From Saccostrea cucullata (lineage: Eukaryota): a stretch of 54,423 bases of DNA. The translations under genes were made by a program, and so were the position numbers. The notes beneath the pieces were generated by a model. It was not told where the DNA came from. It saw only the letters and a list, made by a program, of their open reading frames with translations, and did not search any database. Each line of letters opens with the position of its first letter. The first letter of the stretch is position 1. Of the stretch, positions 25,856 to 38,900 are shown in pieces. The stretch lies in contig NW_026938289.1 in assembly GCF_032062105.1 (NCBI RefSeq), positions 62,001 to 116,423 on the forward strand, read 5' to 3'.

Positions 25856-26839
25856 ACACAGACAAATACTACGGTACATAAAACTTTCACAGACGACAAA
25901 AAATTATCGGATGAATAAAGCATAATTAGACCTAATTTCCACTTTAACCCTGATCGGACATCGAAAACGCTTTTTTGAATAAAAAAAAGTCTTTGTGCGG
26001 ACAATGTAAGTAAGTGTTGTTCTCTCTTAGCAGGAATATATTTATTCTATTTCGCATTTCATTGTACTTATTCCGTGGACTTCGTACTTTAATATCTGGA
26101 ATTATTTATTACATCATCATCTTTTTTGAACAATTAATTTTTTGTCAGTGCGAAGAGATAATTTGAAAAATTAACTTCAGATTCAGCCTAATAAGATAAA
26201 TCAAAAATGAATAAACAATGTATCTTGTTGAATTTGATGAATAAGGTACATTGATATTCTTACTGTACAACATACTGTAGAATTTTAGGGATGGCTAAAT
26301 TTTTTAAAATATTTTTTTTAACAATTTAGTTTTTGTAAAAAATGAAACTCTCAAAATAGTTTTTAAAGGGTGTGAATTTGTTAAGCCATATATGGCGTAT
26401 ATATGGCATAGATTGAGACTAACTAAAATAAAAAAAAAACCATATATATGTATATATACCCCGGTAAATCTATTTTTTGTTACTTTTTGTAAAGATAGGA
26501 CTTTCCTTTAAATTTCACAATTTATATCAATCGTGTTTCATAGATATCCACAATATGAAACAAAGATATAAATTTATTTATTTATCGACTATCTTAATAT
26601 CAGACACATGCAGTTTATGGTCAGTTTTACTATAATTCTTATGTTTATGTTTAAGTTTCAAATCAATGAAAATTTAATTTGAACGTGAAAAGCAAATATC
26701 AAGTAAATGTTCCAAATATAAATATTTTTCAGCTCATATACACCATATAAAGCTTTAATATTTTCTGAAATAAATTAATGAAATTTCTTTCTGAATTGAA
26801 ATAAAAACATTTCTTTTCAGGATATACAGCTGTATTATA

Positions 26840-28549
26840 ATAGCCTGCTCTCAAGCACATTACGTCATTCGATGTCAATACTGCAAGGACGAGCCCGCTG
26901 TCTTCCACTGTGTTCCGTGTGGAGATGAACTCTGTCCTCGGTGTAAAGTCTTCTATCTAAAAAGTAAAGTTCCTTCTTGACAGAAAATCGCCCGTATGTC
27001 TGGTAGACTTCATCCAACTGACCAGATCAAAATGTGTGAAGTTCACGCATCTGAAACGTATGAGGCTTGTTGCGGAGATTGCCAAGTCCCTGTGTGTTTA
27101 ACGTGCATTAAGGAAGTTCACAGAAAACACCCCATCGGAAGGATACAAGATCTTTACGAGAAACAAAAAGCCGAAACTGCTGATGAATTGTCTAAAATGA
27201 AGACACAGTTGAAGTCGGAGATCATTCAGAGAATTAAAGATTTTAAAAATGGAGAGAGGGAAATAAAAAACAGCCATAAAAATATTAGAAAGAAAATGAA
27301 GAAACAAGCTCAAGATTTTATTGATCATATCAGCACAATTTTGAAAGAAGCCTTGGATGAATCCACGAAAGACGAGAGAGAAAAAGTGATGGAAATATCT
27401 CAATATACAGCAGAAATGGAGAGCTTTGAACAAAACTTGGATCAATTGATTGAGAAATTTGAAACTCTTACTGAATCCAGTCATCCTGCCGACCTTATAT
27501 TGTACAGAAAAAGAAATTCTGACACATTTAAGAGATTAAAATTTCCTGAAAAAATAAATCTCACTATGCCTTCATTTACAATTGGTCATTTCAACAAATC
27601 TCAAAATGAGCACCAGTTTGGTAAATTTACCAGAGGTCACATAAGCCATCTTAAATCAAGCGATGATAGCTTACAAGTTCAAGATCTTTCTGGGTCTAAA
27701 CGTGTAAAATCATCTACCGAAAAAGTATCAGTACTTTCAGTCCGTTCAGTGAAAATAAGCGAAACAAACCCCCAAAAGAGAGAATTATATCACGTGTGTC
27801 GTGATGACAGATCAGCGTACATCAGTGGTTATGGTCCTGGCATTCAACTGATAGACAGGTCAGGGACAGAGCTGAATAACATCAATACTGACACTGAACC
27901 ATCTGGTCTGGCTGTGATGCAGGACGGAAGTCTGATTTACTCTGACGTCTATAATAAAGTAATCTAGAGTGTCACTCAATAAACAGACAACAAGACTTAT
28001 AAATACTGAGTATGATCCTTTTGGACTGTGTTGTACCAGGTCAGATGATATCCTGGTCTGTATGCAAGATTTCATGGTTTCGGTGCGAGTGGTAAGGTAC
28101 AGCAGCAGTGGGAGAAAAACCCACGAATTCCAGACAGATCAGAACGGGGAGGGACTTTTTCTTGATCCAAGGTTTGTTTGTGAGAATATCAACGAGGATA
28201 TCTGTATTAGTGATTGTAATACGTGTGGAAACAGTAAAGTGGTCGTACTGAGCAAGGCTGGAAATCTTCGGTTTACATATGACGGGAAGTGCGAAGCTGG
28301 GGCGTTAAAATATTTCTTTCAACCGCTTGCTGTAACTACCGACAGTCTGGGCCACATCCTTATCGCAGACAAGGCCAATGATGCCGTGCACTTGATTAGC
28401 CAAGACGGGATCTTCCTGTCTGTAATACTGACAGAGAATGATGGGATATCAGTACTATTCGAATCTCTGTAGACACGTCAGATAACTTATGGCTGGTAGA
28501 ACAAGAAAAAGCCTGTATCAAACTGTATCAGTATTTGTTCCAAAATTGA
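26840..28549 (+). pseudogene. B-box/B-box/coiled-coil/NHL (TRIM-like) pseudogene, copy 2
   Basis: Paralog of 17349-19014. Presumed start reads ATA; TGA at 26978 (GGA in copy 1); frameshifts at ~27966 and ~28460. Confidence 0.85.
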
Positions 28550-29079
28550 AGGACCCGTTCATATACTGTGAACTTTCACAAATGTATATATTATCCTTAC
28601 AAAATAACACGCCATCAAAACAAAATATACTTATTCCTATCTCGTATATAGGCAAATGATCTAATATACATGTTGACTTATTTTTTTGTATACTTTAATT
28701 TCGCCTCGTTTTAAATTCGCCCAAAGGAGGATAGGGCGAAAGGGGCGAAAATTTCCCTGTATACAGTATTGTTCGAAAAAAATATACTACGAACTTCAGC
28801 ATCTACAAACGTATGTAGAACCACTTCCAACAAGATCATCTTCAATTTTTGGTAAAAGTATTTTTTTTTCCGAATAATCTATTTACTACAGATGTTAATG
28901 AAATAGCTTTGTAATTGGTTGGAATACATTGATCTTTGTTCTTAACTTTATAGACAGTTATAATTATTCCTCCTAATTTAAACATTTAAGGGACATATTT
29001 TCTCTAATTGCAACACTAAAAAGTAATCACAGCTGTTCTGCCACAGAATGCTGCTCTCTCTTTAAAATTTCTAACAGAA

Positions 29080-30005
29080 ACCATGATTGACATTGGTAAA
29101 AAATTTAATAGACCAGAAAGTTGTACTGTGTTGAAAGTTTCATGTGTAAACAAGGAAATATGGGATGTTGTGGGAAAACAAGCTCATTCTTCTGATTTGT
29201 CTTTTCAAGAGATACAGAAGTCTGTGGACCAAGGTTTAGTACTAATAGTTAATATATAAGATGAATTGGCAAATTTTTATTGGAATGTCAATTTGCACAT
29301 ATTCACTGTTCTTCCTTTTTGGTTGGCCTCTGTGCCGAGAGATTTTACTAAAAAAAAATGTTTTGAAAACAACTCTTGCAGCCTTCAGACCTATAAATAT
29401 TAAATGTGTTCACTATTGAAGTTTCTCTCAATGTAAATAGAAGTTTTGATAATTGTAAGGGAGAAACTGATATAGTGACATATGTGTCGGACAATCAATT
29501 AATCTCAATATGTCAGTAATGATACCCACTTATTAAATTTTTTTTGCCTTATCATTGATTATGTTAAAAAAATTACAAGAGCGAATTTTTCTAGTTCGTA
29601 AATTTGCATCCATGATTAATCTTGTTCATGTATTTAATGCCATATTTGTTGGACCTTTGTTTTTTGCAGAAACTTGGAAAGAGACAAAAAAGTCATAAAA
29701 ATGTCATTAATTATGAATCGGAAATAGTTATTTCAGAAAATAGTGTTCAGGATATATGGTTGTTACATATTGTAAAAAAACAAACAGAATGGGAAATCAA
29801 TTCGCAACCCATCAGTTGACTGTTGGGTTGAATCTGATTCATCCTTTTAAGGTTGGGGAGCAAGTTTTGAGGATAAATTTGCTGGAAGCTGTTAGTCTGT
29901 TTTAGAATCTAATTATATGATACATATTAACAAATTGGAACTTGGAGCTATTTAGTTTCACACTCAGAGCTCTTTTTGCGAGCTATTCAGATTCTCGCAT
30001 ATTTA
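29080..30005 (+). mobile_element. DIRS-like tyrosine-recombinase retrotransposon remnant, left part
   Basis: Degenerate RPE.C..LKV.CVNKEIWD (gag), IFTVLPF..LASVPRDFTK (RT), ESDSS..GWGA and HINKLEL.AI (RNase H). Confidence 0.7.
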
Positions 30006-31220
30006 TTAACGTAGGTGTTGCCGGATGACCAAGCGTCTTATCCATTCTATTTGAATACTCAATAAAACACAATTCCAAAAAGGTTTCAAATGTATATTCT
30101 GGTTTTAAAATTACAATGATTCACTGGAATCGTACACGTGGTGTTCCTCGTTGCGCACACTCCCCTCTCGGGTTTTGGGACCTCAGAAGCTGAGTGTCTG
30201 TATCTAATAAACTTTTGCTTAGGAAATATTGTTGAAATTATCTCAAATTTAACTGGCTAAGGATGGAATTCACACATTTACAAAATTATCAAAGACCCGT
30301 GCATGTTCTAGCGTGACCACACTGCTCAACGCGTTATCGGCAACTCGGTTGTTATCGGATACTCGGTGCAGGAAAAAACAATGCAAAGAAAACGTAGGTG
30401 ACTTTAAATTTCTTCATTCAATGATAATTATTTACTTCTGCAAACAAAGTTTGTGATTTTTGGCAGATAAATGATAATACTTTCAGCGGTAAAAAGCACG
30501 CTCCAAATCACACTCTTTCAAAAGATCTACAGCTCTTTAAAATAAAATTTAATCAAATTTTCTGAATATGTCAACATATTTTAGTCTTTGTAGAGGTCAG
30601 AATCAATTTGTTTTATAAAATAAAGTGATTTATTAACTATATAGACAATCATAAACCTTTAGATAAGCAGACATATATCAAAATTCAAATTATGGTTTCT
30701 TTTACGGGCATTTGAAATGTTTCGTTGGGCAAAAACATGTTATCGGAAACACGGTTGAAGTTGCCGGATAATTCGGCTTTTCACGGGTGCAGGTTATCGG
30801 AAACCTAGGTTAAAAAATTTCTTTCTGTTTCAACAAAAGATTAAAAAAAAGACGAAATTCCATAAATTCTGCGGTCAAGGCTTTCAGTTCTTAAAGAATA
30901 ACAATAATTTGAATTTCAGCAAACGAAGTTTGTGATCTATGACAGATAATTGATTATACTTTCAGCAGCAGAAAGCACAAATCGTATCAAAAGATCTACA
31001 GCTCTCTCATATAATATTTTATCTTTAAAAAATTCGGATTATGTCATCACAATTTAACTTTTGTAGAATTCAAATTTAATTCATTCTATCAAACTGGTAG
31101 GGGGTATATTTATTCTCTGGACAATCAAATCAAGCCCCCCCTGGCCCCTCGGATACTACGCCCCTGACTATCCTATCTGTTTAATCATTTTCTCATGTTT
31201 TCCATTCAAGTGAATCTCTT

Positions 31221-31483
31221 CCCGTGGGAATCCGGGTTAGAATAGGTCCTCAGTACCCCCTTGCTTGTCGTAAAAGGCGACTAAATGGGGCGGTCCTCCG
31301 GATGAGACCGTATAAACCGAGGGCCCGTGTCACAGCAGGTGTGGCACAATAAAGATCTCTCCCTGCTCAATGGCCCTAAGTGCCGAGCATAGGCCCAAAT
31401 TTGCAGCCCTTCACCGGCAATGGTGACGTCTCCATATCAGTGAAATATTCTGGAGAGGGACGTTAAACAGTATACAATCAATC
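31221..31483 (+). mobile_element. SINE with TSD
   Basis: 3' half similar to 14560-14730; CAATCAATCA tail; TCAAGTGAATCT repeated at 31206-31217 and 31482-31493. Confidence 0.8.
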
Positions 31484-32294
31484 AAGTGAATCTTTTTAAG
31501 CTTCAGGAGGTTTCAGACGTAAATCTTTAATTTATCATAACAATTACTTTTGTTTTATGATAAACTGAGTATTACATTATTATTATTTTTTAAATCAAGT
31601 TCCCCCATGATCCCCAGAATCACGTCACAGTTTGATTCATTTTCAGTTCCTCATATGTTTAACTTTTTTTACAGTCAGTGATTAGCGTTTTCAATTACAC
31701 TTTGGGCGGGTGGAGGGGGGATTTTTGCTTCAATAAAACATCCAATAGCAATGCAATATCCATGTGAATCCCCCCTCGATCTATCTGAGATGAGCTCTAT
31801 ATTTACATACTGCATCTGGCCAATAATGACGAAGAGCACACTGCTGGATGTAACCGTTTATCAGGTGGTTCTTATTCCTTCTTGGTATGTTAAACAACCT
31901 CCTATGTCTTAAGAAATCCATGTTTACGATTTCGTAATTTTTTATGTCAATCTCTTTTCTCCTCAAAAGTTTTTATTCTACGTCATATAGCTTAGTCTAA
32001 CGCCCTATTTGGAAATACATTTAACCACCCTCAATTTTATTGAGTTTGAACTCTTTAACGACGTTAGATCCTGATATTTAAAGTCTTAAACTTTTTTGCC
32101 AACTATATTTTTAGTTTCTACATACATAGCTTTATTAAAATTCAAATCAAAAAATGGGGGTCAATATGCTTCTTTTAGCGCTACATTACATTTAATATGA
32201 CCTTTCTGCACTGAAATGTGTGTTTTAATTAAAAATTACTTCTTCGACGTTTTCCCTCCAATATTTTTATCCAATTAAAGCATAAAACTAAATT

Positions 32295-32631
32295 CATGCG
32301 CGGATCTAGAGGGGGGTCGGGGTCCCCCTGGAATTTAGCAGGTTAAAAAATGTATATACTATAAGAAAAAAACAGTTACCATGGACCCCCCCCCTGGAGA
32401 ACTCAGACACCCCCTGGTAAGCGCTAACATGTGTGAAGTGGGTAAGAAAAGTGAAAGATTTGAAGCAATAGAAGTCACCATTCCCCCCCCCCCCCCACGA
32501 AATAGGTTTTTGACGTATGCCCGATTTTCCTTTTTTTTTTTTTTTTTTTGCTTTTCAAGAAATTTCTGGGATAGGATTTTTTTTTGACTGAGGTGGACCC
32601 CCCCTGGAAAAAATTTCTGGATCCGCGCCTG
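32295..32631. mobile_element. MITE
   Basis: CATGCGCGGATCTAGA...TCTGGATCCGCGCCTG inverted ends; AAATT on both flanks. Confidence 0.65.
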
Positions 32632-32995
32632 AAATTAACTCTAAGTATGTTTTAAAAAAGACACTTAAAAATTGTGACTTAGAAAAAGTTTCAAATTGCT
32701 TCGCATAATCAATTATTTGACCTTTCTGCACTAATAAAATGTTATTTTTCTGGCATTGAAAATATAATAGGAAAGAAAATTATTTTAAAGTCTTAAACTT
32801 TTTCTGATTTTAAGCAAATAGGTCAAAGTTATCTTGAATATTTAGAAAAGAACATCAAAAGTTGGGGTATATGGTGTACATTTTTAGATATTACCAAAAA
32901 AGTGTAAATTTTACGTTAAAATTGGCTCATTTTTTCCCGGATTTTCAGAATATATTTACTATATTTGTCACACTTTGCTGGTAGAATTTAATAGG

Positions 32996-34010
32996 AAACA
33001 AGCAAATTCAAAGAATTTTGGTCCCCCGCATTCGGTATCTTTGTGGGCAAGATATCATTTTTAAGGTCAAGGTTAATAGGTCAAAGTTTTTGGTATCCCA
33101 TGGAAAGTCTTGCCATAAAGAATACATATATTTAAAATATGAAAGTCCTAGTTTCTACCGTTCAAAAGTTGTGACCAAGGTCAACGTTTTTGAAAAGTAG
33201 TAAAAACTCTAAGGTCAAGGTCAAAGGGTCAACGTTCTTGGCATGCAATGAAAGGTCTTCTCACAAGGATTACATACGTGAAGTACGAAAGCCCTAGCCC
33301 TTACCGTTTAAAAGTTATGGTCAAGGTTAAAGTTTTTTCAGAAGTACGTAAATCTCCAAGGTCAATCCAAAGGTCAAAGTTGTTCATATCCAATGAAAGG
33401 TGTTGCCTCAAAGAATACATGTGTGAAATATGAAAGTCCTCGTATCTAGCGGTCAAAAGTCGTGACCAAGGTTATAATTCTTAAAAAGTAGTTCAACGTC
33501 AAGGTCAAAAGGTCAAAGTTTTTTGTATCCAATGAAAGGTCTTCTTACAAGAATTAAATATGTAAAGAATGAAAGCTGTAGCCCTTACCGTTCAAAAATT
33601 ATGGTCAAGGATATAGTTAAATATATGTACGTAAATTTCCAAGGTCAAAAGGTCAAAGTTCTTGGTATTCATTGAAAGATCTTGTCACAAAGAATATATA
33701 CCTGGTATGTGAAATATGAAAGTCCTAGTGCCTACCATTCAAAAGTTATGGCCAAAGTAAGTAAAAGTTTGGAATTTTTTAATAAAAGTAGTTGAAGCTC
33801 CAAGGTCAAGGTCAAAAGGTCAAATTTGGTGGTACTCAAAGAAAGGTCTTATCACAAGAAATACACATATGGTATATGAAAATTATAGCTCCACTAAATC
33901 AAAAGTTATGGGCCAGGTTAAAGTTTTTGTGACGGACGGACAGACTGACGGACCGACGGACAGACAAATGAGATTTAATGTCCCCTCGCTTTCGCGAAAG
34001 CGGGGGACAA
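32996..34010 (+). mobile_element. Helentron/HINE-like element carrying a ~145-bp satellite array
   Basis: AACAAG start; about six monomers with AAGGTCAAGGTCA motifs; (GACG/GACA)n microsatellite at ~33930-33965; 3' palindrome CCCCTCGCTTTCGCGAAAGCGGGGG. Confidence 0.75.
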
Positions 34011-34397
34011 TAATTTAATAGATATTTCAGAACCAGCATAACATATTTCACTGCAAAAAACAGCTTTGTGTGCAACCAGCATGGAAAAATAGGCATCCAA
34101 AATTAGCAGTACTGTTATAGTTTAAATGGAAAAAAACTGACCATTTTCGTCTATAAAACCTTCCGCCACAAAATATAGTCCCTAGCTTAATTCTACTTGA
34201 ATGGAATTTAGTCGCGGTTTTTTCATTGAATATAGTTTAATTTGCATTGTAGAATTCAGTTTTATTGTTAGAAACTAAAAATGATGCTAAATTTTATGAA
34301 TAAAGGACCTACGCGAAATACGCTCAAAATATCAGGATCGAATGTCCTTAATCGCTTTAGGCCAGTTAACTTATAAATTTATTCGTGTTGGAAAGTG

Positions 34398-34731
34398 TGA
34401 AGTGTGGATAATACCCCCCCCCCCCTCTTTAATGAAAAAAAAAATATATAAGAGTGTATAATACCTGGAAAATATATAATTTACCCTTCAAACACATTTA
34501 TATGTCGTTATAGATTGTACTTTTTCTCACGTTTAAAGAATGTGCCTATTCGGTATTATAAAAAATTTTATAATACCAAATAGGACCTTTCATTAAACGT
34601 GAAAAAAAGTTCATTTTGCTAGCATATAACGACATATACATGTGTTTGACAGGGAAATTGTATATTTTTGAGGTATTATACACTCTTACATTTCTTTTCA
34701 TTAAAAAAAGGGGGGTATTATCCATACTTCA
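34398..34731. repeat. ~330-bp foldback inverted repeat
   Basis: Arms are complementary around TTATAAAAAATTTATAA at ~34556-34572. Confidence 0.8.
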
Positions 34732-34744
34732 GGTGCCTGTGTGT

Positions 34745-34960
34745 TGTTTAACGCCACCTTGAGAATTTTCAAGTCATATGGAGACGCCACCACTTGCCGG
34801 CGGAAATAACAATACTTGTCCTATACTCGGCACTTAGAGCCATTTAGCAGTGAAGGATCTTTTTTGTGCTAGCACCTATTGCGGCGTCCCACTTTGGGAT
34901 ACGCACTAGCAACGTATAAGGATCGACTCTTTATTTGGCGACTCTACAGCAGACACTCTT
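34745..34960 (-). mobile_element. Degenerate SINE
   Basis: GTTTAACGCC...CATATGGAGACGCCACC matches the reverse complement of the SINE 3' end. Confidence 0.6.
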
Positions 34961-35911
34961 ACCAAGGGCGACCTCGGTAGATTGAAATGAAATTTGTAAC
35001 TAATACCATATTTAACAACAGGTCAAGATCATGCAGATATCAATGAGATATGCCAAAAACACACATTTTTTAAAGTAACATATTCTTAAAAGAGGTAAAT
35101 AATAACATAAAATTAGTATTGTGTGCCAGCCACTTTATATATTTAGATTTCTTGCAAATTTCTGTCGTTCCTTTATATTTTTCCTAATCTATCTCAACCT
35201 TTGTTTCCGATAACCAAAACCGAAGTTTCCGATAACAAACTGAATTATTCAACCGTATTTCCGATAACATACTGAAAGTTATAATTGGGCATTTTTTGTC
35301 CGTTAATAACATAGTTGCAAGATTCTGACGATGTCTTCTTGTGGACAATCATTAACGCTAGGTAAATATAAGGATTTTGAATACAAAAGCTATTTACAGC
35401 ATTGCCAATTGGAGAAAAACTTGCAAAACATAACAGATTTGACTTTTTAAGCCTTCTCAAGGCTAACAAATGCTATTCTTATACGTATCGAGGCTTTATA
35501 CTATATCCATATTTATTTCTTTTTACAAAAATAACCATGAACATTCTCTGTTTCTATTTTAATAGAGTTTATTTGAAATAATTTACTACCCTGTAAAAAA
35601 TTGTGATCAACCGAGTGTCCGATAACAACCGAGTTGCCGATAACGCGTTGAGCAGTGTGGTGACACGGCAGGAAAAAGAGACTGGTTTACTCAACCGTGC
35701 CTGTTAAATAGACTTGAAGAATTGGGGCTCCATAAAGGATAAAAAAGTAGAGGTCACCTACAGGATAACTGAGTATTATACAAATAAATACATACATGTA
35801 GAGTAAATGTGACAATACCTCCTTCCTTTGAAGAAGTATGAAAATACTTTTGAACACACATTTACATGAATAAAATCAACCGTTTCTTTAATTCAGAATT
35901 CTATATACAAA

Positions 35912-38900
35912 TCAAAGTCTACTGAGATAATCAGCACCCTGGTTATCTTTCCCTCTGATTGCAATAACCCTATACCTATAAGACTGAAGACTAAGCGCCC
36001 ATCGCATCACTCTGGAGTTGATCACTTTAGTCTTGTTGAGATAAATCAAGGGTTGATGGTCTGTCTCAATCAGAAATTCTTGTCCATAAAGGTAACGCTG
36101 GAATTTGTTGATTGCCCAAACTATGGCCAGACATTCCTTTTCAATGGTTGAATACTTACATTCGCTCGGTTTCAGTTTACGGCTAGCGTATGCTACTGGA
36201 AGTTTCAACCCAATCTCATCGTCAAGCTGCAAAAGAACGGCACCAATACCACCATCTGACGCATCTGTCTGAAGAATGAATGGTTTAGCAAAGTCTGGAA
36301 GTTTCAAGATAGGTGAATGCATTAGCATTTGCTTAAGAGTATTAAAGGCGTTTTCCTGTGGTTTATCCCAAACTATTTTGTTAGGAGCGCCTTTCTTTGT
36401 GAGATCTGTAAGAGGCAAAGCAATTACAGAAAAATTTGGTACAAATTTCCTGTAAAAACTTACCAAACCAAGAAAAGATCTAAGCTGGCGTTTCGTCTCT
36501 GGTCTACTTGCGTCTTGAATAGTCTTTACCTTTTCAGGATGTGGTTTTAGTCTATCCTCACCTACAATGTGTCCAAGACATTCTAAACTGCTGTACCCTA
36601 TTGAACATTTTGATGGTTTGGCTGTCAAATATGCATCTCGCAACTTACTGAAGAGTTCCTCGAGTATCTTCAGATGCTGGTCTAAATCAGGTGTGAATAT
36701 GATAACACCGTCAATAAAATTATCAATGCTCTGCATACCACAAAGTAACTTACGCATAAGTCTTGAGAATGTCGCTGGAGCTGTTACTAATCCAAACGGC
36801 ATAACTCGGAACTGAAACAAACCTTTGGATGTTTGAAAGGCTGTCTTTGGCTTTGAGGATGCAGTAAGTGGAACTTGCCAGTAACCTTTGGACAAATCTA
36901 GTTTTGAAAACACTTTGTGATTAGCAAATTTTGAGAAAATCTCTTCAGCGTTAGGCATTGGTTCAGCGTCAAATTGAGAACAAGAGTTAATAGCCCTAAA
37001 ATCTACACAAAAGCGAAACGTATTGTCCTTTTTCTTAACAAGTACAATTGGTGAACAATAAGGACTGTCTGAGGGCTCAATCATGTTCAACGCAAGCATT
37101 TTCTCTACCTCTTTATCCACAGTATCTCTCATTGCAAATGGTACTGAGTACGACTTACTTCTGATTGGTTGATCTGAATTAGTTTTGATATCATGCTCAA
37201 TCAAGTGAGTGCAACCTGGAACGTCAGAGAGAACATCTGAGAATTTATTCAAGAGTGAAATTACTTTCCTTCGGTCATTACCTGACAGTTCTGGATTAAC
37301 ATCGACGCTTTCTGGTCCTTCCGCATTCCCTGAACATGGAATATCATCTGTCTCTTCCTGTTCATCTGCCGTACAATCAATCACAGCGGAGCTGACAATT
37401 GCGTTGACCTCATGATCTAAGTCTTCTTGAGCAGTGTTCCTGTCAAGGTATTTCTTTAACATGTTGATATGAAATGTTTTCAACTTACCTCCCATGCTGA
37501 TCTGATAATCTACCTTGTTTACCTTCTTTATTATGATAAAGGGGCCCTTCCACTGCAGTTATAATTTATTGGAATCTGTGGGTAAAAGAACCAAAACCTT
37601 ATCACTTACTTTCAAATGTCTAGCTCTTGCTGATTTGTTGTAGTATTTTGTCTGTTTTTTAGCTGCCTTCTCCAGGTTTTCTCTCGCTAGTGCAGCTGTT
37701 GATTCTAGACGCTCTCTTAAGTCCAATACATACTCGTAAGTTGTTCTTACCTTAGGATCTTCGACATCTCTTGTCCACAGTTCTTTGAGGATACTTACCG
37801 GTCCCTTGACATGCCTTCCAAAAACTAACTCAAACGGGGAAAACCCTGAACTCTCCTGTGGGACTTCTCGGTACGCAAATAGAACTGGATTTATATATCT
37901 GTCCCAATCTCGGGGACAATCTGCAGAAACTCGTTTAAGCATTTGTTAGAGAGTATCATTAAATCTTTCGACCATTCCGTTCGTCATAGGATGATAAGGT
38001 GTTGTGATTATCTGCCTGACTGAAAGCAAACGACTTACCTCTCTCATGAGTGCTGATTTGAACTGACTACCCATGTCACTTAAGATTTCGTCAGGTATAC
38101 CCATCCTTGAAAAGATCTCCAAGAGTCCCTCCGCAACTCTCTCAGTTTCTATTGATGCCAGAGGAATGGCTTCTGGATACCTAGATGCGAAATCAATTAA
38201 AGTGAGTATATACCTGTTTCCTTTATCTGTGACCGGATGGATTGGTCCAACAATATCTACTGCGACTCTTTTGAACACTTCGTCTATGAGAGTCATCTTC
38301 TGCAAAGGATGTCTGGTAACTCGGCCTTTGTGCACTGTTCTCTGACAAATATCGCACGGGTGACAGAAACGCTTAACATCAGACTGTATTCCGGGCCAAT
38401 AAAATTCTGTAAGAATCCTAGAAGTTGTGCGACAAGTTGCTAAATGTCCTGACATAATGGATTCGTGCGCAAATTTCATTACAACCTCTTTAAATTTCTG
38501 TGGTACCACAAGTTGAATAAAAAACTTACCGTTTTCATCTGTTGATTGATACTTACTGTAGATTAATCCGTTTTTCAGAAACCAGCGTATTTTACCTCTC
38601 CGTTTCAGTACCTCCTGGTCTGCTGCTACCCATTGTCGAATCTTTCCAAGGGTTTCGTCTTTCTCCTGTGCGATCTTAATATCATCTGGTCTTATATTGT
38701 CCTTCACAATCTCTGGGACTTGAAGTTGAGGATATGGTTTCTGCTTTTTCTTGACTTGTTGTCGAGTCTCTACTGCATGTACTTCAGTCCACAGCGGATC
38801 TGGATCATCAGGCGATCTTACCTTATCGATGTTGCCGATGATGAGATCATAAATAGGGTTATCCATGCACCAAGCGTCAAAAGTTCCTGTAATATATGGC

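Larger units (their letters stand above)
30318..35659. mobile_element. Non-autonomous Transib/RAG-like DNA transposon inserted in the Gypsy 3' LTR
   Basis: ~48-bp TIRs starting CACACTGCTCAACGCGTTATCGG; 5-bp TSD GTGAC (30313-17, 35660-64); subterminal GTTATCGGA repeats; no transposase ORF. Confidence 0.78.

Noticed and set aside
33018-33433. Two similar short ORFs (KYESPS motif)
   Set aside because: Translations of satellite monomers.
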